NCBI GenBank assembly: GCA_009886115.1
Contig: VFJJ01000035.1
Span: 1 to 45,933 of the forward strand
Reading direction: 5' to 3'
DNA: 45,933 nucleotides
From: Actinomycetota bacterium
GTDB taxonomy: Bacteria > Actinomycetota > Acidimicrobiia > IMCC26256 > VFJJ01
Shown: piece after piece, positions 41,171 to 45,933 of the stretch
Numbering within the stretch: position 1 is the stretch's first letter
Layout: every line of letters starts with the position of its first letter
Translations under genes and position numbers: made by a program
The notes under the pieces: generated by a model
Databases searched by the model: none
What the model was told of the DNA's origin: nothing
Seen by the model: only the letters and a program-made list of their open reading frames with translations

Positions 41171-41252
41171 CCGCTGCTGGTTCCCCGGCTCTGTGCGCAA
41201 GGGGCGGCCGACCCGCGTGCCGTCGTGGGCTGTCGAGGACTGTCGTGGGCCG

Positions 41253-41996
41253 TCACCGTGACGGCTGATCGCTCCCGAGACGGTCGACGAATCGGCTCAG
41301 GAGCCGGGCAACGTCGTGCGGTCGTTCGAGGTGCGCGGCGTGGCCGGCGTCGGCGATGCGCACCACTTCGGTCGGGCCGCCGAGACCGGTCGCCATCCGG
41401 TGCGCGAGGTCGACGAACTTCGTGTCGAGCGCCCCGGCGGCGAGCAGCGTCCGACCGGTGAACGCGCTCAGGCGGTCCCAGAGCGGTTCCATGGACCCCG
41501 TCCCGAGGTGGCGCAGCGCGTGCGCCAGGCCCTCGACGGTGTTGCACCGGCGCTCGTCGAGCCCCGCAGCCTCGGGGGCCAGGGTGCGAAAGAGCGGCTG
41601 GGCCAGCCACCGGGCCAGAAAGGCATCGACACCGTCACGCTCGAGGTCGCGGGCCAGCAGCTCGTCGGCCCCCCGCCGGGCCTCCCGTTCGTGGGGATCG
41701 GCCAACCCGGCCGTGGCGCCGATCGTCACGAGCCCGGCAACGAGGTCGGGCCGGTCGAGCGCCACGCGGAGGCACAGGCGCGCTCCCAGCGAGTACCCCA
41801 CATAGACGGCTCGACCGCCCTGCGAAGCCAGCCACGCGGCGGTCTCCACGAAGGTGCTGCGGACGGCCGCGTGCGCGCCGTGGCCGGGCAGGTCGACGGC
41901 CACGAGCTTCATGGCGGTGGGCCCGAGTGCGGCCCGCACCGTGTCCCACGACGCCGCCGTCTGGGTGAAACCGTGCACCAGCACGACCCGGGTCAC
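41253..41996 (-). CDS. menH: 2-succinyl-6-hydroxy-2,4-cyclohexadiene-1-carboxylate synthase-like alpha/beta hydrolase
   Basis: VHGFTQT, DLPGHG, GYSLGAR, R..R...D..LA, F...W..QPLF, G.LD.KF, GHAAH.E.P; adjacent to menA and menE. Confidence 0.8.
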   Translation of the reverse strand: MTRVVLVHGFTQTAASWDTVRAALGPTAMKLVAVDLPGHGAHAAVRSTFVETAAWLASQGGRAVYVGYSLGARLCLRVALDRPDLVAGLVTIGATAGLADPHEREARRGADELLARDLERDGVDAFLARWLAQPLFRTLAPEAAGLDERRCNTVEGLAHALRHLGTGSMEPLWDRLSAFTGRTLLAAGALDTKFVDLAHRMATGLGGPTEVVRIADAGHAAHLERPHDVARLLSRFVDRLGSDQPSR

Positions 41997-42039
41997 GTCG
42001 CGACCACCCCGTCGTCCGTGCGCCGTGACCTCGCCCCGG

Positions 42040-42819
42040 TCATCGGCCCTTCCACACCGGCGTGCGCTTCTCGGCGAAGGCCCGCGCACCCTCGAGTGCA
42101 TCCTCAGAGCGGTTGGCGACGACCGTGAGCTCCCGATTGCGGGCCCAGGCCTGCTCCTCGGTGAGCCAGACGGCATCGACCATGAGCTGCTTGGTGATCG
42201 CCACCGCGAGGGGCGCGTTGGCTGCGATCTCCCGGGCCAGCGCGAGCGCGACAGGGACGACCTCGGCCGCCGGGACGACACGATTCACCAGACCGAGCGC
42301 GTGGGCTCGCTCGGCGCCGATCGAACCCCCGGTGAGGCCGAGCTCGAGCGCCACGGCCAACGGGATCCGGCGGGGGAGCCTGATCACCCCGCCGGCGCCG
42401 GCAACGAGGCCCCGCTTCACCTCGGGGATCCCGAACGACGCGTGCTCGGCGGCGATCACGAGATCGCAGGCCAGCATGATCTCGAGGCCTCCGGCGAAGG
42501 CGGCGCCGTTCACCGCGGCGATGATGGGCTTGGGGTGATGCCGGCCGGTGATGCCTGCGAAGCCGTTGACGGTGAACACGCCCCGGGCGCCGTTGGTCAC
42601 GAACTCCTTGAGGTCCATGCCCGAGCAGAAGGCGCGCTCGCCAGCGCCGGTGATGACGACGGCGCGGACGGTCTCGTCGGTCTCGGCCTCGTCGAGGGCG
42701 GCCTCGAGCCCGCGGGTCACGGCCGTGTTGATGGCGTTGCGGGCGTCGGGCCGGTTGATGGTGACGACGATCACGCCGTCGTGGCGCTCCTGCACGGTCT
42801 CGCCGGACGGATCGGTCAT
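42040..42819 (-). CDS. Enoyl-CoA hydratase/crotonase family protein
   Basis: INRP..RNA, FCSGMDL, KPIIAAVNG...GG.E, PEVKRGL, EGARAF.EKR.P.W. Confidence 0.92.
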   Translation of the reverse strand: MTDPSGETVQERHDGVIVVTINRPDARNAINTAVTRGLEAALDEAETDETVRAVVITGAGERAFCSGMDLKEFVTNGARGVFTVNGFAGITGRHHPKPIIAAVNGAAFAGGLEIMLACDLVIAAEHASFGIPEVKRGLVAGAGGVIRLPRRIPLAVALELGLTGGSIGAERAHALGLVNRVVPAAEVVPVALALAREIAANAPLAVAITKQLMVDAVWLTEEQAWARNRELTVVANRSEDALEGARAFAEKRTPVWKGR

Positions 42820-42855
42820 GGATCGACGCTCCCTTGCTCGTTTGCTCCCGAAATT

Positions 42856-42896
42856 TGTGCAGAAATCGTCGCCAGGCGACGATTTCTGCACACAGA
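42856..42896. repeat. REP-like palindrome, copy 2
   Basis: 41 bp identical to positions 15-55, in the divergent gap between the crotonase and the L,D-transpeptidase. Confidence 0.9.
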
Positions 42897-42932
42897 TCGG
42901 CGGGTCTGTCACTCCTGATAGCTTTGGGGCCC

Positions 42933-44252
42933 ATGTTGCGAAAGAGGACTGGGTTGATCGCGCTCAGGCGTCGGGCTGCAGGGATCGTCATGATCGCCGC
43001 CCTGGGACTGGCAGGCACGTTCGGGGCGGGCCGGCTCGATCCCCGCCTCGGTTCCACGACGGCATCGGCCGAGGACGGTTCCGACCGGCTCGTCGCGTTC
43101 GGCGACGCCCGCGACCTCGGGTCCCCCGAGGGCTTCGCTGCGTTGGGGCGCTTCGTCGCCGTCGAGTCCACGCCTTCGGGACGCGGGTACTGGATGGCCG
43201 ACGCTGCCGGTGGCGTGTATGCGTACGGCGATGCGGCGTTCCTCGGCTCGGTGGCCGACCGTCCGCTCACCCGTCCGATCACCGACCTCGTTGCGACGGC
43301 CACGGGTGACGGGTACTGGCTGCTCGCCGAGGACGGTGGGATCTTCGCGTTCGGCGACGCCGACTTCCACGGAGCGATGGTCGGCACACGGCTGAACCGC
43401 CCCATGGTGGCCCTGGCGCCGACGCCCTTGGGCAACGGGTACTGGATGGTCGGCGACGACGGTGGCGTGTTCGCCTTCGGCGACGCCGAGTTCCGTGGTG
43501 CAACCGGGGCCCAGCTGGGCGCAGCACCGATCGTGGGGATCTCGTCGTCGCTGTCGGGCCGGGGCTACTGGATCGTCGCTGCCGACGGTGCCGTGTACGC
43601 GTACGGCGACGCCGAGTATGTCGGTGGCCTCGGCGGCCCTGGCATGCACCAGCCCATCGTCGACTTCGCCGTCACCGACACCGGTCGCGGGTACTGGCTC
43701 GTCACCCGTGAGGGAGGTGTGTTCGGCTTCGGCGACGCCCGCGAGGTTGGCTCCATCGTCGGTTCGGGCGACACCAGGGCCGTCGCCATCGCGGGTACCC
43801 CGAGCGATCGCGGCTACCTGGTCGCCGTGGTGCCGCCGGGCTTCGAACCGGCGCCGAGCATCCCGATCGACTCGGGAGCCGGGCGGCGCATCGTGTACTC
43901 GAACTCCCAGCAACGGGTCTGGCTCGTCGAGGACGACGGTCGGCTCTACGACAGCTGGCTCGTCTCGGGCAAGCAGGGAGTTCCATTGCCCGGGAGCTAC
44001 ACGGTGTTCTCCAAGTCCGAGCTCTCGTGGTCTGGAAGCCTGAAGCTGCCGTACATGACCCGCTTCGCCCACGGACGCACCAAGGCCATCGGGTTCCACG
44101 GGATTCCGTCACGCGGCGACGGGTCGCTCGTGCAGACGGTCGAGGAGCTGGGCCAGTTCCGAAGCGCCGGGTGCGTGCGACAGGAGCTCGAGCAGGCGAA
44201 GAGGCTGTACGAGTGGACCCCGGTCGGAACCCCTGTGATCGTCCTGGCGTGA
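42933..44252 (+). CDS. Secreted L,D-transpeptidase (YkuD) with N-terminal GYW/DGG/FGDA repeats
   Basis: Signal peptide; five full and two half repeats G.GYW....DGG.F.FGDA; C-terminal Q.VW, VSG, PG.Y.V..K, IGFHG...SAGCVR; TAGCTT 8 nt before ATG. Confidence 0.88.
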   Translation: MLRKRTGLIALRRRAAGIVMIAALGLAGTFGAGRLDPRLGSTTASAEDGSDRLVAFGDARDLGSPEGFAALGRFVAVESTPSGRGYWMADAAGGVYAYGDAAFLGSVADRPLTRPITDLVATATGDGYWLLAEDGGIFAFGDADFHGAMVGTRLNRPMVALAPTPLGNGYWMVGDDGGVFAFGDAEFRGATGAQLGAAPIVGISSSLSGRGYWIVAADGAVYAYGDAEYVGGLGGPGMHQPIVDFAVTDTGRGYWLVTREGGVFGFGDAREVGSIVGSGDTRAVAIAGTPSDRGYLVAVVPPGFEPAPSIPIDSGAGRRIVYSNSQQRVWLVEDDGRLYDSWLVSGKQGVPLPGSYTVFSKSELSWSGSLKLPYMTRFAHGRTKAIGFHGIPSRGDGSLVQTVEELGQFRSAGCVRQELEQAKRLYEWTPVGTPVIVLA

Positions 44253-44262
44253 CCCCCGCGGT

Positions 44263-44310
44263 TCTTCGCGCAGAATTGTTCGTCTGGTGAGCCTTTCTGC
44301 ACGCAGAACG
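44263..44310. repeat. Degenerate REP-like palindrome, copy 3
   Basis: Ungapped 35/48 match to positions 11-58, counted by hand. Confidence 0.65.
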
Positions 44311-44757
44311 AGACGGGTCGCCAGGAGGGTCGTGGTGCTCGGGGTCGCAGGCTTCTCGCTCCTCACGATCGTCCGCGGCTACGACGACCCCCATCGGGTG
44401 TTCGCGTTCCACATGTTCAACGAGTCGAGCGTGTGGGAGGCCGACATCGTGCGCGTCACCGTCGACGGCGGCCGCGTTCCGATCGACGAGCCCTGGCCGG
44501 GGGGCTACCGCTGGGCGACGCTGGTCCCCGAGCGGGGCCTGGCCTACCCGCAGTTCCGCCACCACGCCGACGCCGGGGTCGACTCCACGTTGGCGTACCT
44601 CGACGCAGCACTCGACTGGGTGGCAGCCAACACGCCGGCCGATCCCGAGACCCGCTACCTCGAGGCGATCGTCACCTACGACCGCAACACCCACGGCGAC
44701 CGGATCGTGGTGTTGCGCAGCATCGACAGGGCGGCCGGGGACGCCGAGGCCTTGTGA
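44287..44757 (+). CDS. Small membrane-anchored or exported hypothetical protein coupled to the HTTM gene
   Basis: Basic N-terminus, one hydrophobic helix, HRVFAFHMF motif; its stop overlaps the next start (GTGA); start uncertain. Confidence 0.65.
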   Translation: MSLSARRTRRVARRVVVLGVAGFSLLTIVRGYDDPHRVFAFHMFNESSVWEADIVRVTVDGGRVPIDEPWPGGYRWATLVPERGLAYPQFRHHADAGVDSTLAYLDAALDWVAANTPADPETRYLEAIVTYDRNTHGDRIVVLRSIDRAAGDAEAL

Positions 44758-45908
44758 GGACATGGCTCCGATCGGCTGACGCGGTGCTCGACGCCGAGGG
44801 CAGCGTGCGCGCGGTGGCGCTGCTCCGTATCGCCGCCGGGCCCCTGCTGTGGTTGCACCTCGAACGCTTCGTGCGCCTGATGGATGCCGACCTCTACTAC
44901 GGCGACCGCTTCCACGAGGCCTATTGGTCGTGGTACCCGGAGGTGGGCAAGACCACCTACTTCTGGCTCCTTCGCCTGGCGGTGCTCGCCGCGGTGTTGG
45001 TGAGCCTGGGCCTGTTCAGCCGGCTCGCAACGGTGTACGCGGCCGGATTCGTGGCCTGGAACCTCTGGCTGTCGACCACGCACTACCACAACAACCGGGC
45101 CTTCTTGCTGATGATCCTCGTGGGGCTCGCCGTGTTGCCTTCGGGACGGGTCCTCTCGCTCGACGCGCTCATTGCCCGCAGAAGGCAGCGGCCACGGGTC
45201 GATCGCGTGCCCTTGTGGCCCTTGTGGTTGCTGCGTTTCGAGCTGGCGTCGGTCTACGGTGCCTCGGGCGTGAGCAAGCTGCTCGACGGTGACTGGTGGG
45301 CCGGGACCGTCACCTGGAACCGGGTCATCAGATCCGGGCCGGAGCTCGCCCGGACCCCGCTGCCCGACTGGTTCATCGACGCCATCGGCAACCGTGGCTT
45401 CCATTCGGTCTTCGCCAAGGTGGTGATCGTCACCGAGGTGTTCATCGCCCTTGGGCTGTGGCTCCGGTCCTCGCGAGCTTTCACGATCTGGATCGCCGTG
45501 TGGTTCCACGTGTTCATCGAGATCTCGGCGCATGTGCAGGTCTTCAGCCTGGCCGGCATCTGTGCCCTGGTGATCTGGGCGACGCCGTCGACTGGTGGCC
45601 GCTCGCTCGTGCTGACCGGCGACGGGCGGGACACACGCGCCTTGGCCTTCGCAGTGCGCCGCCTCGACTGGTTGGCCCGCATCGAGCTCGTGCAGGAGCC
45701 ACGGGACGCGCTGGCCGGGCGCGCCGATGCGGTCGTCCTGACCGAGGTCGACGGGCGCCGGTTCACCGGCTCGGCTGCCGCGTGGCAGACGCTGCGGTAC
45801 CTCCCGGCGACGTTCATGGTGGCGCTGCCGATCTCGTGGGTGCTCGGGCGTCGAGGCCGTGTGGCACACGCCACGTTGACAGTGAGCCCATCTCGACGTA
45901 CAAAGTGA
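44754..45908 (+). CDS. HTTM-domain (vitamin K-dependent carboxylase-like) membrane protein with a degenerate DCC1-like C-terminal domain
   Basis: LLRI..G, LG.F.R, YHNN, SLDA, W...LLR......Y..SG.SKL..DW..G, E, FH; tail VRRLDWL.R...DGR.FTG..A....R.LP. Confidence 0.78.
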   Translation: MRTWLRSADAVLDAEGSVRAVALLRIAAGPLLWLHLERFVRLMDADLYYGDRFHEAYWSWYPEVGKTTYFWLLRLAVLAAVLVSLGLFSRLATVYAAGFVAWNLWLSTTHYHNNRAFLLMILVGLAVLPSGRVLSLDALIARRRQRPRVDRVPLWPLWLLRFELASVYGASGVSKLLDGDWWAGTVTWNRVIRSGPELARTPLPDWFIDAIGNRGFHSVFAKVVIVTEVFIALGLWLRSSRAFTIWIAVWFHVFIEISAHVQVFSLAGICALVIWATPSTGGRSLVLTGDGRDTRALAFAVRRLDWLARIELVQEPRDALAGRADAVVLTEVDGRRFTGSAAAWQTLRYLPATFMVALPISWVLGRRGRVAHATLTVSPSRRTK

Positions 45909-45933
45909 ACGGCGTTCACTGAACGTCGTTCAC
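45876..45933 (+). promoter_or_regulatory. Sigma70-type promoter with two tandem palindromic operators, for a gene beyond the window
   Basis: TTGACA (45876)-17 nt-TACAAA (45899), then GTGAACG-G-CGTTCAC (45905-45919) and TGAACG-T-CGTTCA (45920-45932). Confidence 0.65.

Noticed and set aside
42040..42819. menB (naphthoate synthase), given the men neighbourhood
   Set aside because: Has FCSGMDL and both hydratase Glu residues rather than the MenB FCSGGDQ signature.
45905..45933. LexA (SOS) boxes
   Set aside because: Spacing is GAAC-N3-GTTC, not the actinobacterial CGAAC-N4-GTTCG.

Overview
A very GC-rich actinobacterial window; the gene repertoire and the GYW..DGG.FAFGDA repeat protein suggest Acidimicrobiia (inference). 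I found no rRNA, tRNA, CRISPR array, transposase or integrase. (1) 0-16 kb: branched-chain amino acid genes (ilvD, then ilvB-ilvN-ilvC behind a Leu/Val leader-peptide attenuator), interleaved with a Uma2-like nuclease, dienelactone hydrolase, SDR, ybaK, Fpg/Nei, alpha/beta hydrolase, PQQ-type propeller protein, plsY, a GAF-GGDEF cyclase, a TetR-like regulator and a flavin reductase. (2) 16-38.5 kb: a ~22 kb cell-envelope glycan synthesis and O-acylation island. It holds four GT-C-type membrane glycosyltransferase modules (one fused to an AT3 acyltransferase), a 1631-aa AftD-like protein, a GT4, a Ppm1-like GT2, a UGM-like flavoprotein, an OatA-like AT3-SGNH protein and four paralogous exported SGNH proteins, one lacking the catalytic Ser. 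(3) 38.5-46 kb: menE, menA and menH, a crotonase, a repeat-propeller L,D-transpeptidase, and a coupled small-protein + HTTM (vitamin K-dependent carboxylase-like) gene pair. Non-coding signals include a 45-bp REP-like palindrome in three copies, many apparently leaderless promoters, a sigma28-like promoter and a tandem operator at the right edge. All family calls come from motif recognition by eye; no searches were run.
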